A DNA stretch of 64,000 nucleotides from Eledone cirrhosa (taxonomy: Eukaryota), in assembly GCA_964016885.1 (NCBI GenBank), contig OZ024750.1, positions 47,058,001-47,122,000 on the forward strand, written 5' to 3'. Position 1 is the stretch's first letter. Each line of letters begins with the position of its first letter. The notes beneath the pieces were generated by a model. That model was not told where the DNA came from. It did not search any database and was given only the letters and a program-made list of their open reading frames with translations. Positions 17,171 through 32,727 of this stretch are shown here, in pieces. The translations under genes and the position numbers were made by a program.

Positions 17171-17227
17171 GTTTGTATGTATATATATATATACGTTTGT
17201 ATGTATATCTATATATATACATATATA

Positions 17228-17445
17228 TCAGAGAAGTGGGACTAAAATAACGTTGTTGATGTTCCTGGCATATGTGATACGTTTATGTACAATAAACAGC
17301 AATGTGTGGCTATGAATAATGTTATTGCAACTTCAACTATTTCTGAAACCGTTGAGTATTTGACTTCTAATATCCATTCGTCATCTGTGATATTAATTAA
17401 CACTGCATAGAGAGAATTATACACTTCCACAAAATATAAATATTT
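17228..17445 (-). mobile_element. Family E terminal segment
   Basis: Reverse complement of 15505-15725; may extend further right as a decayed element. Confidence 0.75.
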
Positions 17446-18207
17446 TGTTGTTATAAGCTCAAGTATACGGATATAGATGTTTATATGTTCGTGGACACAC
17501 CATATTCGGATCTCTATTCACCTTCATCGGTCATAAACTTTTTCAGAATGAATTGTTTCCTGAGCAATGATTAGTTGCGCAACAGCATATATGAGATTTT
17601 ATATATCGTTTGAATATATATTGGTTATATCTGTTCCCAATTATATACTGTTCATAATATAATTGTACAGATATATCATCCAGTATTGACAAGAAAACTT
17701 CTAGTTGGTATGCTTAACAATGATGGTCTTGTACTGCTGTATCTAAAGGACATTTATTTATGTTCCTGTCTATCTTATTCGATATATCATAGTATATGAC
17801 ATTTATCATGGCCAGACCATGTTCGTCATGTATATTTCTTTCTTTGTGTATTTCATAATGCTTTTATAATTTCTAGTACTGACTGATCCGTCGTATCTCT
17901 TTAAAAATAATGTTTTCTCAATACTTGGCAACCAGATATAATCTCATTTATTGCTTATTAATAGTAATTTCAATAAGCTACACTATTGTAACTTCGCCAT
18001 TAAATAGTTTCTTTGTAAATAATTTGGACTTTCATTTATGTCATACTTCTATTGGAGAAGGGGTGAAAATAAAATGCTGGGTATCTACCCTATATCCCTA
18101 CTCCTCCATTAATGAGCCCTTTATACGTATTGAACATATATCAACTTTTGTCTATCATTCGAAATAAAATGTTTTCGAATTCTTCTTATTATTTTTTATT
18201 AATTGTA

Positions 18208-18636
18208 GGGCAGTGAATTGACCGTATCGGTAGAGCTTCAGACATTTTGGCAGCATAGAGTTGCGTCCCTTTACGTTCTGAGTTCAAATCCTGTCGGAGA
18301 TATGTTTTCCCTTTCATCTTTAACGGGTCGATAAAATAAAGTACCAGTAGGCACTGGGGTCGATTTAATCAACTTTCAAATTACTAGCCTTGTGCCTATA
18401 GTAGAAATTAAGGGCGGTGGATTGGCAGTATCGGTAGAGCGTCGGACAATATGCTTCGTGGGATAGAGTTATGGGCCTTCCCGTTCTATGTCCACATACC
18501 GCAGAGGTTACCTTTGCCTTTCATCCTTACGTTGTCGATAAAATAAAATACCAGTCAGGCACTGGGGTCGATTTAATCGACTTTCCCCTCCCCAAAAATT
18601 GCTGGTCTTGTGCCTATATATGAAACCATTATTATT
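18208..18636 (+). mobile_element. Two head-to-tail octopus-type SINEs (18208-18410, 18412-18636)
   Basis: Same head, core and tail as 8072; followed by (AGT)n to ~18750. Confidence 0.87.
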
Positions 18637-18706
18637 AGTAGCAGTAATAGTAGTAGTAGCAGTAGTAGTAGTAGTAGTAGTAGTAGCAGTAGTAGTAGTA
18701 GTAGTC

Positions 18707-18739
<33 letters not shown>

Positions 18740-19435
18740 TGTGTAGTAGTATTTGCTCAGCACATACACCACTAATATTAATCAAATGAGAGGAAATATT
18801 TGTGATTCTGCATATTTATAGGTCCCTTTATTACACTTAGAGTATCTATTAGATAATAATTTTGTATTTGCAGAAGATTTATAATTTCATCTTCTCTGAT
18901 AAATATACTATACATGTGTGGTTTTTCTATGTCTTGTTAATACAGTCGGCTTCCAGTTCACAAGATAAGTACACATTAGTGATTGTACAGTGAATGTATT
19001 TACACTAAATAACTTATTTGTAGCAAGTTGCACATATTTAAGCACACATGTAATGCCTCTATAATGTTCCAAGCTAACAATTTATTCCATGCGTATATAT
19101 GCTCTCTTGTTCATTAATTCCTCAATATTTCTAGGTCTCAGTCTAGTCTAATTAATGTATATGTTGTTTTCATCAAACATGATTGTTGTTTTTATTAATT
19201 TTGCTTTGTTCCACACTGACTTGCTGTAATTTGGGAAATTGAATTATACCCACATTTTTCTAGTGAATCTGTGTTATACATTCAAGTGATTTTCTCTTGA
19301 CTGCAATATATATGAATTAGCATGTGAATTACAGCTCTTATCTACAAATAAAATGAAAATAATCTCTCAAGTGAGCGTGAATTCATAAAACAAATATCCC
19401 CATAGGTTCTATATATATATCTACAGTATATATAT

Positions 19436-19808
19436 ACAATGATATTAAATAAATGGAAACTATACTTATAAAACCATATTTATTTTATTATAAATATTTC
19501 AAGAGTACCAAGACACATTGATTCGCGTTCATCAGATAAAATACAAAGTTTGTTTTATAAATAGAGAAATACCCATGAAAATCATACCTTATCGGTTGGA
19601 AATTCACTTTGTATTTTATCTGATGAAAGCGTATCAATGTGTCTTGATACCCTTGAAATATATATAATAAAATAAATATGGTTTTATAAATATAGTTTCC
19701 ATTTATCTAATATTATTTAATATTTACTCCAGTATACTGTTGAGTGCTCTAAATCAGTTATAAACATTTATATTTGTTGGACTTCCAACACATTAAATAC
19801 CCCTTCTG

Positions 19809-19811
<3 letters not shown>
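19436..19811 (+). mobile_element. Family A (subfamily A2) fold-back with HHR (19612-19674)
   Basis: TATTTTAT-CTGATGA-aagcgtatcaa..ttgataccctt-GAAA-TATATA-TA-ATAAAATA with a perfect 8-bp stem I. Inverted arm at 19436-19607. Confidence 0.87.
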
Positions 19812-19871
<60 letters not shown>

Positions 19872-19948
19872 GTATATATATATATATAAGGAACTGTTTC
19901 TTTGTTTTTATTCATTATTTTTATTAATTTATATATATATATATATAT

Positions 19949-20295
19949 TAGAAAGTAAGGTTTCTTTTACAAAATGAAAAATAACCGAGGTGTCCTACAC
20001 GAGTGAACGTATAAGGAAAAAAGATGAAATCGGAAATGCACCTGGAGTCTTTTCTTTTAAATATATATATTTATCTGGTTCCTTTACCGGTTTCGCGTTT
20101 CTTCTGATTTTCTAAAGTAGAGATGGGATGGAGGGTCTGTGGTTTTTCTCACAGATTTGAGAAAAAACACAGACCCTCCATCTCAACTCTACTTTTGAAA
20201 ATCAGAAAAACCGCGAAACCGGTAAAGGAACCAGATAAATATATATATTTAAAAAAAAAGACTCCAGGTGCATTTTCGATTTCGACTTGTTCCCC
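19949..20295 (-). mobile_element. Family G hairpin element
   Basis: Arms 20026-20151 and 20158-20283, tail 19949-20025. Contains GAAAC-CG-GTA (HHR right half); the left core is degenerate. Confidence 0.78.
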
Positions 20296-20408
20296 TATAT
20301 ATATATATAGATTTCGCATTATTTTTGGTCTATAAATCTGATATTTTAAAGTTGTTGTAAGGGTGTGGCTTGATAGGTATGGTGTGTAGTCTTTATTATA
20401 ACCTTATA

Positions 20409-20975
20409 GGGCGGTGGATTGGCAGTATCCGTAGAGGGTCGGACGCCATGATTTCCAGCATAGTTACGTCCCTTAATTGCCATTCTGAGTTCAAATCCAC
20501 CCGAGGTTAACTTTGCCTTTCATCCTTACAGGGTCGATAAAATAAAGTACCAGTAATGCACTGGGTATTTTGATGGCCTTGTGCCAAAAGTGGAAACAAT
20601 TATTAGGGCGGTGGATTGGAAGTATCGGTAGAGGGTCGGACGCCATTCTTTGACGCATAGATTTACGGCCCTTTCCATTCTGAGTTCAAATACCGCCGAG
20701 GTTAATTTTGCCTTTCATTCTTACGGGGTCGATTAAATAAAGTACCAGTACTGCACTGACTAATTGCTGGCCTTGTGCCAAAAGTGGAAACAATTGTAAG
20801 GTTATCATGCCGTAGGTTTGTTTGTTCTTGTTCATCGCATCGTGAATTCACATTCAAAGGAGGTCAACTAGTACTTTAATACTTCCGAGTCAACGAAATA
20901 TAATACCAGTAAATGCACGGAGGAGGTGATTTATCAACTTTTCCAATCCCTCAAGGTTTTTGGCCTTGTGTCTAA
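20409..20975 (+). mobile_element. SINE cluster (20409-20604, 20606-20796, degenerate 20845-20975)
   Basis: GGGCGGTGGATTGG head, GAGTTCAAAT B box and shared core. Confidence 0.87.
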
Positions 20976-21244
20976 ATAATAAAGTAATATTTATAATTTA
21001 GTTATTTTTATTTTTTATCTTCGATTACGACATTATTTTTTAATGATTCTACTTCTAATTCAGTTATATTTATTGATCAGTTTCCAATAGTACATATTTA
21101 TAAATTAGATTTCTTGTTGTCAGCTTGTTTAGCCGATGTCATCCTTAATCCGAAATGGTCTAACGTCAAGTGTAACAACCCTGGAAATATATAAGTTATA
21201 TCACACTTGCGAAAATAATCCACACTCGGCAGATTCCTTTCATC

Positions 21245-21255
21245 ATCTTTGTTGC

Positions 21256-21294
<39 letters not shown>

Positions 21295-21372
21295 TGTTGC
21301 TACTGCTACTACTGCTGATGATGACGCTACTACTACTATAACTACTACTACTACTAATAATAATAATAATTG
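21245..21372. repeat. Trinucleotide tract (CTG/CTA/TAA)n at a SINE tail
   Basis: Directly visible. Confidence 0.9.
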
Positions 21373-21900
21373 TTTCTACTTTAGACACAAGGCCAGCAAT
21401 TACCCAGTGCATTACTGGTACTTTATTTTATCGACCCCGTAAGGATGAAAGGCAAAGTAAACCTCGACGGGATTTGAACTCAGACCGTAAAGGGACGTAA
21501 CTATGCTGGAAAACATATAATAATGATTTCTAATATAGGCACAAAGCCAGCAATTTGAGAAGAGGGAAAATTGATTAAATCAAACCCAGTGCGTTACTGA
21601 GGCATTATTTTTTTGACCCCATAGGGATGAAAAGCAAAGCTAATCATGGCCGGATTTGTAATTATAAACAGAAAAGGCCGTGATTATATGCTGCAAACAA
21701 TATTAGCAATGCAATACCTTTGTAAGAATGTCTTCTACAGTTGGCCGCATGCCAACAATATGAAAGGAAGTTGAAAGTCTGTTTTATACGCCCCATTCTA
21801 AATGTACTTTATTTTATTTAGCGAACCAGATGGAACGGAAAATGTTGGCCTCGGTGGAATTTGGAATGGAAAAGTAACATGCCGAGACTGATACTGCAAA
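21368..21900 (-). mobile_element. Minus-strand SINE copies (21368-21512, 21525-21695, partial 21830-21900)
   Basis: CACAAGGCCAGCAATT..TATCGACCCCGTAAGGATGAAAGGCAAAG..GATTTGAACTCAG. Confidence 0.82.
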
Positions 21901-22035
21901 ACATAATATCCAACACAAAATATTTTGCTAATCCAGGAATTTTGACAAAAGAGTTGGCTTTTCTGCAATAATGTAGACATACACACGCTCACACACACCC
22001 CCGCGTACAAACACCTGTATATATATATATATATA

Positions 22036-22096
22036 TACTCTTTTACTCTTTTACCTGTTTCAGCCATCCGGCTGAGGCCATGCTGGGGCACCGCCC
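22036..22096 (-). mobile_element. 3' end of an abundant octopus SINE-type repeat
   Basis: CTCTTTTACTCTTTTACCTGTTTCAGCCAT..GGCCATGCTGGGGCACCGCC, recognised from memory of octopus repeats. Confidence 0.6.
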
Positions 22097-22121
22097 TTAT
22101 ATATATATATATATATATATT

Positions 22122-22886
22122 TGTTTTGCGAGGTTTTTAATATGAAATCGTGTGTCGAAACAAATATTGTTGTACTTGGGGGAGGGTCATAGTGTTGTAA
22201 TAGGTGTTTCTTCTTATGGCACAAGGCCAACAATTACCAGTGCATTACTGGTACTTTATTCTATCGAACCCATAAGGATGAAAGGCAAAGTTAACCTCGG
22301 CCGGATTTGAACTCAGAATGGCAAGGCTCGTATCTCTATGCATCAAAGCATGGCGTCCGACCCTCTACCGATACTACCAATCCACTAGAACACACAGTTT
22401 GGTTGGTTTTCGCTTCTGTATCTTTTATACCACCACAGTTAATTAATTCGGTCATCAATTCGGTCCTCCATTGACTGACCAAGGGTCGAAAATACAGATA
22501 TAATATAGATATAAATACATATATATAGTCTAACAAAGTTCCTTCGTTGCACATTTGCAACATCATCAGTGGTACTGTTATGTTCCTCCTGTTGTCAACA
22601 TTGAGGACCGAATGAATTAACTGTAGTGATATAAAAGATACAGAAGCGAAAGTGATTGTGTTCTGTTATTATTTCTGGCAATGTTATTACAACAATATGC
22701 CCCTCATTATCGCTGCCATGTCCTGCGTCTCCAACATACCAGCGTCTGTCCTTAGGGCATCAACATACGTTAACCTTGGTCTTCCTCTTCTAGTGTGTCC
22801 ATGTAGGGGCTCCCAAAGGAACACTGAGTGCAATGTCAACTCTGGATGACGGTGAGCATGTCCAGCTAACTTCAGTCTCCTCTGTG

Positions 22887-22920
<34 letters not shown>

Positions 22921-23031
22921 TGTTACACCTGGAGAGGGGCATATTGTTGTAATAACATTGCCAGAAATAATAACAGAACACACTCACTTTCGCTTTTTGT
23001 ATCTTTTATATCACTACAGTTAATTCATTCG

Positions 23032-23033
<2 letters not shown>
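22122..23033. mobile_element. Composite family B locus interrupted by a SINE (22216-22386, -) and an RTE fragment
   Basis: B tail 22122-22207, B body 22387-22600 with HHR core on the minus strand (~22543-22569), inverted arms 22609-22704 and 22935-23031. Confidence 0.75.
22705..22890 (-). pseudogene. RTE/RTEX-type LINE reverse transcriptase C-terminal fragment
   Basis: Translation QRRLKLAGHAHRHPELTLHSVFLWEPLHGHTRRGRPRLTYVDALRTD fits the RRL..AGH..R..W.P..GRP....D C-terminal motif of RTE-group ORFs. Confidence 0.8.
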
Positions 23034-23111
<78 letters not shown>

Positions 23112-24375
23112 CGAGTGAATTAAGACCAATTGAATTAGATTTATTGATAGACGATTGCTGGAGAGGTATTAGCATAGATCTACTACTACTACACAATATC
23201 CAGTGAATATGTTTATACATTTATTAGTAATCCAGGTCAGGTAATGTGATTTTGATATAATAATCTGTACAAACGACTTTCAACAATATGCTACCTATTC
23301 AAGCAATAATAAATATATTTAAATTTCATGTTCAACAAGCAGCCAAAACTCTTTCACATTCTTCTAATTTACATTCTCTTTGTTCGATGTGTAAGAATCA
23401 CAATAAATCTTAAAATATGATGTTTAAAAACGGAAATGTAGCGTAGGAAATCTGCTGATTCGATATATCAAAACGCATGTAATGTACTTCATTTAACATT
23501 TACTTTTAATTCCCACTAGCGAACAGGAGATGGAAATAACGTATGTACTTGAATAAATGCTGAACTTGAATAAAAAACGAACTTCCTCCCCCTTTGACTG
23601 GCTATATACACAATATTTTCTGGGTATATTGTAAAAACGAAATGCAAATGCACGCTAGCATGGCTGAGTGGTTAAGAAGATTCTGGGTTAGACATCGCTT
23701 CGTGAAGTTCCATGCAAGCAACATTTCCTCGAATTGAACATCGGTTCAAACCACACTACTAAAAAGAAATGGGATGGACTAATAGTGTGTGGTTATCCGT
23801 CAGGTGTGTTGCACCTATAATTAAAAAGCAACCTCGTCAAATATTTTGTATTATTGCGTTAAGGGTACGTTCCATTGTTGGGACGATTGGAATACTCGTC
23901 GGCAATTATATTGCACTACATTCCAGTAAAACCTACCGTTTGCAATGGCGACAGATCAACATGTTATTTCCAGTTGAATATTCTTACAAAATGGAATTAC
24001 ATTCTTAAGATAACTTTGAACGAACCCCTGAACCCCTGCAACTATTATTTAATAATCGGTGGGGCAAATACGTTAATATGTTAACTAGTCCATATGTATT
24101 TACTACGAATGGTAAAATTAATTTACTTATTTTAGGTGCTACTAAATATAAGGTAGTATGTAATATATCAGGAGACCTATAACATCCAATAAAAATTTTA
24201 TACAGAAATTTGATTTATAAGAGAAACATAATATATATTCTATTGTATACTTAATAACATGTAATACCACCATTACGTAAGAGGTTCATTTACCGAAGGT
24301 GTGACAGACGAGGTAGATAGATGGTTTGTTAATACGCCTAACATATCTCATGATCTCTCCCTGTGAAACTTTGCA

Positions 24376-24423
<48 letters not shown>

Positions 24424-24426
<3 letters not shown>

Positions 24427-24761
24427 TGTTGCGACGAATGGAATGTGTTGGACATATTAGAATCGTTTCTCTGGCGACCAGCTCGAGGCACGATCGATGT
24501 GATGATCGAACCTGACTCTGAAAATCTCATAGGAAAATCTGCTTCGTAGAATCAAGTCGGATCTGAGTCAGGTTCGATCATCACATTGATTGTGCCTCGA
24601 ACTGGTCGCCAAAGAAACGATTTTAATATGTCCAACAAATGCCATTCGTCGCAACACTGATTCTCTTTTTTTCTGTGATATCATACTCTGCTCTATGAGA
24701 GCATCGAGTGTTCAAACGGCCTACCGCATACGGACGCTTTAAGAATCCAACACCAATTATG
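24424..24761 (+). mobile_element. Family H asymmetric fold-back element
   Basis: Arms 24424-24521 and 24562-24659, ~100-nt tail, (TA)n on both sides. Confidence 0.83.
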
Positions 24762-24793
<32 letters not shown>

Positions 24794-24869
24794 TATATAG
24801 TAATAATAATAAATTTGAAGACTATATGGATAAACATATATCAAATATATAAGAACCGTAGAGCAAATA

Positions 24870-25361
<492 letters not shown>

Positions 25362-26090
25362 TTTGTTTGTGTGTTTATTTGAATAAACAAAAGTCCGGAC
25401 TGAGGATATACTTTTAAATGTATATTGTTGCAAAAAAGACTATATATATCGGCTAGGTTACACAAGATCCTGGTCACATCATCAGGTTCAGATTGCATAC
25501 TTACTTAATCAATAAAAGGAATTAGGACAAACGCAAACAGATAATAGAGAAAATACTTGATCCAGAGATGGCCGGCAAAATAAATTTTTCTGCTGTGCCA
25601 CATCGTCTATTTTCTGTTTATGTTTGCCGGATTTCGTTTCATTGATTAAATAATTATGCAAGACCCTACCTGATGATTTCGTTATGTGTTTACGTATCGA
25701 GGCCATGGAAATATATATATAGCGTTTTTTACAACAATAATTTATAAAAGTATATCACAAATCATTCAAAAATTGTTTTAATAAAATAAATATTTAACAC
25801 AGGTCATGCATCAGCCATGGCATTCGAAATCAACTATGGCAGTGTGGCATAACGTAGAGTGCTTTCCTACATTGACATCAAGGTTAAACAAATAAAAATA
25901 CCAGTTCTAGTGATGGTGTACACATAAATATATGTATACATATTTAAATATATATATATATATATAATTCAAGGAAGCAACAACGAGAGGTACACTATTC
26001 TTATTGGATTCACCTTTTATATTGGAAAGATGAAAGACTGTTCGATATGTCGGGCTTTAGACCTTCTTCCGAAGTACAAATAGAGACAGG

Positions 26091-26178
<88 letters not shown>

Positions 26179-26513
26179 AGTTAGTAACACTAAATAGTAT
26201 TTTACAAATACGTAGCTCAAGGAAAGGGATCTTTCAGAGCCGTGTAATACAATTGAATATATGAGTGGGATGAACATCGATACGAGTATACATGTGTTCG
26301 AATTAATTCGTGTGTGTGTGTATGTGTGTGTGTATATATGTATATGATATGATATTCAAGAACGATTCACATATACATACATTTAAGTATCTTTGCTTAG
26401 ATACTCTATTATTTCTAGACTTGTTGATATGGCACTTGTCTTATTATCGTTAGTAATATATATATATATATATATAAATATCTAAATATATAAATATATA
26501 TATAAATATCTCA

Positions 26514-26546
<33 letters not shown>

Positions 26547-26663
26547 AATATGTATATATATATATAAATATGTATATATATATATAAATATATATAAATA
26601 TATATATATATATATAAATATATATATATATAAATATATAGATATATATAAATATATATATAT

Positions 26664-26718
26664 GTAAGTATGTATGTATACGTACATACACATATATGTA
26701 TACAGACGTACGGTAGTA

Positions 26719-26776
<58 letters not shown>

Positions 26777-27038
26777 TACAGGTACACATATATATATGTA
26801 CGTATCAGTTTAGGGGACGTTTATTATAACGTCCGCTTTGTCCGTTTGTAAACAAACGGACAGCCTGGTTTATGACGTACGGTGTTAAGGCAACCACGTC
26901 ACCTTTTTGTTCAACACTGACACAGGAACGATGTACTAGTTTCAAGCTTCTTAGCTATCATCAGCACCGTATACCCTTCTGCCATTTAAGTAAGTGCCGT
27001 ACTAAGAGTGAGAAATGAAATTTCGTTTCATTCCATTT

Positions 27039-27041
<3 letters not shown>
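26664..27041 (-). mobile_element. Partial copy of family I (retrozyme-like) with intact HHR (26928-26970) and an inverted 3' piece
   Basis: Reverse complement reads ACGGTG-CTGATGA-t-AGCT-aaga-AGCT-t-GAAA-CTAG-TA-CATCGT. Homologous to 31490-32730. Confidence 0.85.
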
Positions 27042-27101
<60 letters not shown>

Positions 27102-27107
27102 TACACG

Positions 27108-28632
<1,525 letters not shown>

Positions 28633-28804
28633 GTAATACAAAGGTAATATACCTACAGACTTACATTTATAGATATATCCATACAAATACAATGATAGTT
28701 GTTGTGTATATTCCGGGGAAAACAATCATTATATAATCCACAATTTGTAAAAAAAATAGACCATTTAAAATGGTTCTTATGATGCATTAACAATCGACAA
28801 CGTA

Positions 28805-28927
<123 letters not shown>

Positions 28928-29389
28928 GATAGATAGATATATATGCATTTTAGTATACTTTGAATGTAATCCTTTTGTGTATAATTATTAACTCCATGGG
29001 TAAATCAATAATCAAAATCTATACATTATGTTCAGGAATATCGGATGAAGTAAACGAACGTAAATGATTAATCGATGCAGATGCATATATATTGATTTTG
29101 GTATTACGGACATTTTTGCTGTAATTATCAATCGAAATATTATGAATAGAAATAGGAAACATCATCATATTATGTAATCCAAGAATAAACCGTACAAACA
29201 AATATAACATAATTCCTTGCTTCTATATTTTAGTGATATATGACGTTAAATATTTAACGAATCATTCCATCTTCTTACACAATTACAATATACAGCCAGA
29301 TGGTCGCATACGCAAATACAACTGTATATAGCATATCGTATACACACATACACACACACACATATATATATATATTTGTGTGTGTTTGG

Positions 29390-29662
29390 AGGTACGTGCC
29401 AAATGGTGAGGGTGATAGACTTATGCTGATAATGTCATGGTTTCGATTCCTGAATTGCATGTTATGTTCTTGAGTAAAACACTTCATTTCACGTTGCTCC
29501 AATATATTCATCTGAAAATGAGTACCAGCAATAGCTGGGGATCTTAACTCTGCGATGGACTGGCGTCTTGTCCAGGGGGCAGTCTTGTACTCTCAGTCGC
29601 TTCACGCCATCAAACCGGGATAAGCACCGACCAAGTGAGCCTTCTGGCTTAAGAGAGACTTC
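29390..29662 (+). mobile_element. Second tRNA-derived SINE family (CORE-like centre)
   Basis: GTTCTTGAGTAAAACACTTCATTTCACGTTGCTCC..CTGCGATGGACTGGCGTCTTGTCCAGGGG; matches 35706-35979. Confidence 0.8.
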
Positions 29663-29673
29663 AGACTTTAGAA

Positions 29674-29719
<46 letters not shown>

Positions 29720-29767
29720 AATGTAACGTACAATTACAGAGAGTGCGTGAGAGAGAGAGAGAGATAG

Positions 29768-29850
<83 letters not shown>

Positions 29851-30781
29851 GTACAAGTCAATATCACTGGGGTCAACCGCCACTCCTGAATAAATTAAGG
29901 TATCTTCTGGCACTATTGCGACTGAAAACAACCCCAACTTACACCGCAACATTAAGTCAAAGAGAGTATCAGACTGATATGATTCCAGAAGACGTTTAAG
30001 CCAGATCTCAGACAATGGCACCAATAAGGAATTCAATAGACTTAATGATGCAATGGTGAAGATAAATCTGACCAATGGGAAGGTGCCTTTATAAACCACT
30101 TCTAGTGGTGTTGTAAGGTTATTTATTCAAAATCTGATAATACCGTTGTATTTAAGAGTGGATTTATATTTGGAGTAGGAAGATAATGTGCATAATGGTC
30201 TTAGGAATAGTAGTGCGTGGGGTCAGAGGTAAGGCTATTTTTAGACAGGGCTTAGTAGCTGCGATAGTATTTTAAGTAAAGGATAGACTTAATACTGTAA
30301 AGAACTACATGAGTTAAAATGGTTAAGTAAAATCACCAAATAGGATTAAAAAACTGGTAAAGAATAGGGGTTTAAAATAGGTGAAATGGGTAGGTAACTA
30401 GTAATGAAGTGTATGTAATATATGTAAGTATACTACATACGCACAAGTACACATCTATACTGGCGAGTGTTAGGTTTTACATAGACATGCATGATAGAAT
30501 GAAACAATTATTACTTTATTGAAAGGAATGCGGTGAGGTAATAATTTACAGAGTAAATAAATAAGCGGAAAGAGTGGGTAAAATATTCCAACACAGGCTC
30601 AAGCCTCATTTATGCACACATGCATAGTCGTGTCCAACCAAACGCACACATACATAGACACATAGATGCTCATTGATATGCCTGCATTACGCATGCATTC
30701 AGAGTCAAGTACAAGCACGCACACACACACCCACACACACACACTCACACATATATAGATAGATAAATATATATATATATA

Positions 30782-30836
<55 letters not shown>

Positions 30837-30837
<1 letters not shown>

Positions 30838-31287
30838 AAAGTTCTATTTAAATTGTTGGGATACAACACGTAAATATTTTTATAACTGATATAAAGCACT
30901 CGACAAGTATTTGGAGTAGATATACGATATTAACAAATGGAAACTATATTTATAAAACCATATTTATTTCATTATACATATTTCAAGGACACCAAGTTAA
31001 ATTATGGTATGCCTTCATCAGACAACATACAATATATACCTGTTTTATAAATAAACATTGACTAACCCTTTCAAAATGCGACCGTTACTTTTGGAAGACT
31101 ATCCTGATGTCTTCCAAAAGTAACGATCGCATTTTGAAAGGGTACCTCAATGTTTATTTATAACACTGGTATATATTGTGTTTTGTCTGATGAAGGCATA
31201 CCATAATTTAACTTGGTATCCTTGAAGTATGTATAATGAAATAAATATGGTTTTATAAATATAGTTTCCATTTGTCAATATCGTATA
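30837..31287 (-). mobile_element. Family A fold-back with HHRs
   Basis: Arms 30921-31099 and 31109-31287, tail 30837-30920. Intact core on the minus strand; GAAA is mutated to GAAG on the plus arm. Confidence 0.88.
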
Positions 31288-31314
31288 TATATATATATAA
31301 AATATATATATATA

Positions 31315-31472
31315 TAAGATCAAAAGATGGTTAAATGAGTTTCACGTATTTTATTATGCGCATTTCAAAAACAGATATCATCATGAGATGACATTTGCGT
31401 TTTCGTCAGATAAAATAGGGAGACATGGTATGAAGGTTAAACAACAGTTGTGAATAGTAAGTTTTAAATCAA
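31315..31472 (-). mobile_element. Family N element with HHR (31347-31417)
   Basis: Reverse complement of 63143-63303; TATTTTAT-CTGACGA..GAAA-TGCGCA-TA-ATAAAATA. Confidence 0.85.
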
Positions 31473-31489
31473 TATATATATATATATAT

Positions 31490-31522
31490 GTATACGTATA
31501 TGTATACATACGTACAGTAGCA

Positions 31523-31598
<76 letters not shown>

Positions 31599-32727
31599 CA
31601 GGTACACATACATATATGTACGTTTCAGTTTAGCGGACGTTTATTATAACGCCCGCTTTGTCCGTTTGTAAACAAATGAACAGCCTGAATTTATACCGTA
31701 CGATGTTAAGGCAACCACGTCACCTTTTTTTCAACACTGACACAGGAACGATAGCTTCTTAGCTATCATCAGCCCCGTATACCCTTCTGCCAGATGGTTG
31801 AACGTTCGAAAGTATATACTTTCCTTATGAAAATTAACGGCTGAGCAGCCTAATTTGCATATCGAGTGAGTTCAGTCGGCCAGGCGCACCGAAAACGATA
31901 AGTTGTAATAGAATGAAAACGAAATTTCATTTCTCACTCTTGCTACGGCACTTACTTAAATGTAAGCATGTATGTATACGTACATACATATATGTATACA
32001 TACGTACAGTAGCATGCATATATATATATATATATATACATACAGGTACACATACATATATGTACGTTTCAGTTTAGCGGACGTTTATTATAACGCCCGC
32101 TTTCTCCGTTTGTAAACAAACGAACAGCCTGAATTTATGCCGTACGATATATATATATATGCATGCTACTGTACGTCTGTATACATATATGTATGTACGT
32201 ATACATACATACTTACATTTAAGTAAGTGCCGTACTAAGAGTGAGAAATGAAACTTCGTTTTCATTCTATTACAACTTATCGTTTTCGGTGCGCCTGGCC
32301 GACTGAACTCACTCGATATGCAAATTAGGCTGCTCAGCCGTTAATTTGCATAAGGAAAGTATATACTTTCGAACGTTCAACCATCTGGCAGAAGGGTATA
32401 CGGGGCTGATGATAGCTAAGAAGCTTGAAACTAGTACATCGTTCCTGTGTCAGTGTTGAACAAAAAGGTGACGTGGTTGCCTTAACATCGTACGGCATAA
32501 ATCAGGCTGTTCGTTTGTTTACAAACGGACAAAGCGGGCGTTATAATAAACGTCCGCTAAACTGAAAGGTACATATATGTATGTGTACCTGTATGTATAT
32601 ATATATATATATGCATGCTACTGTACGTCTGTATACATATATGTATGTACGTATACATACATACTTACATTTAAGTAAGTGCCGTAGTAAGAGTGAGAAA
32701 TGAAATTTCGTTTTCATTCTATTACAA

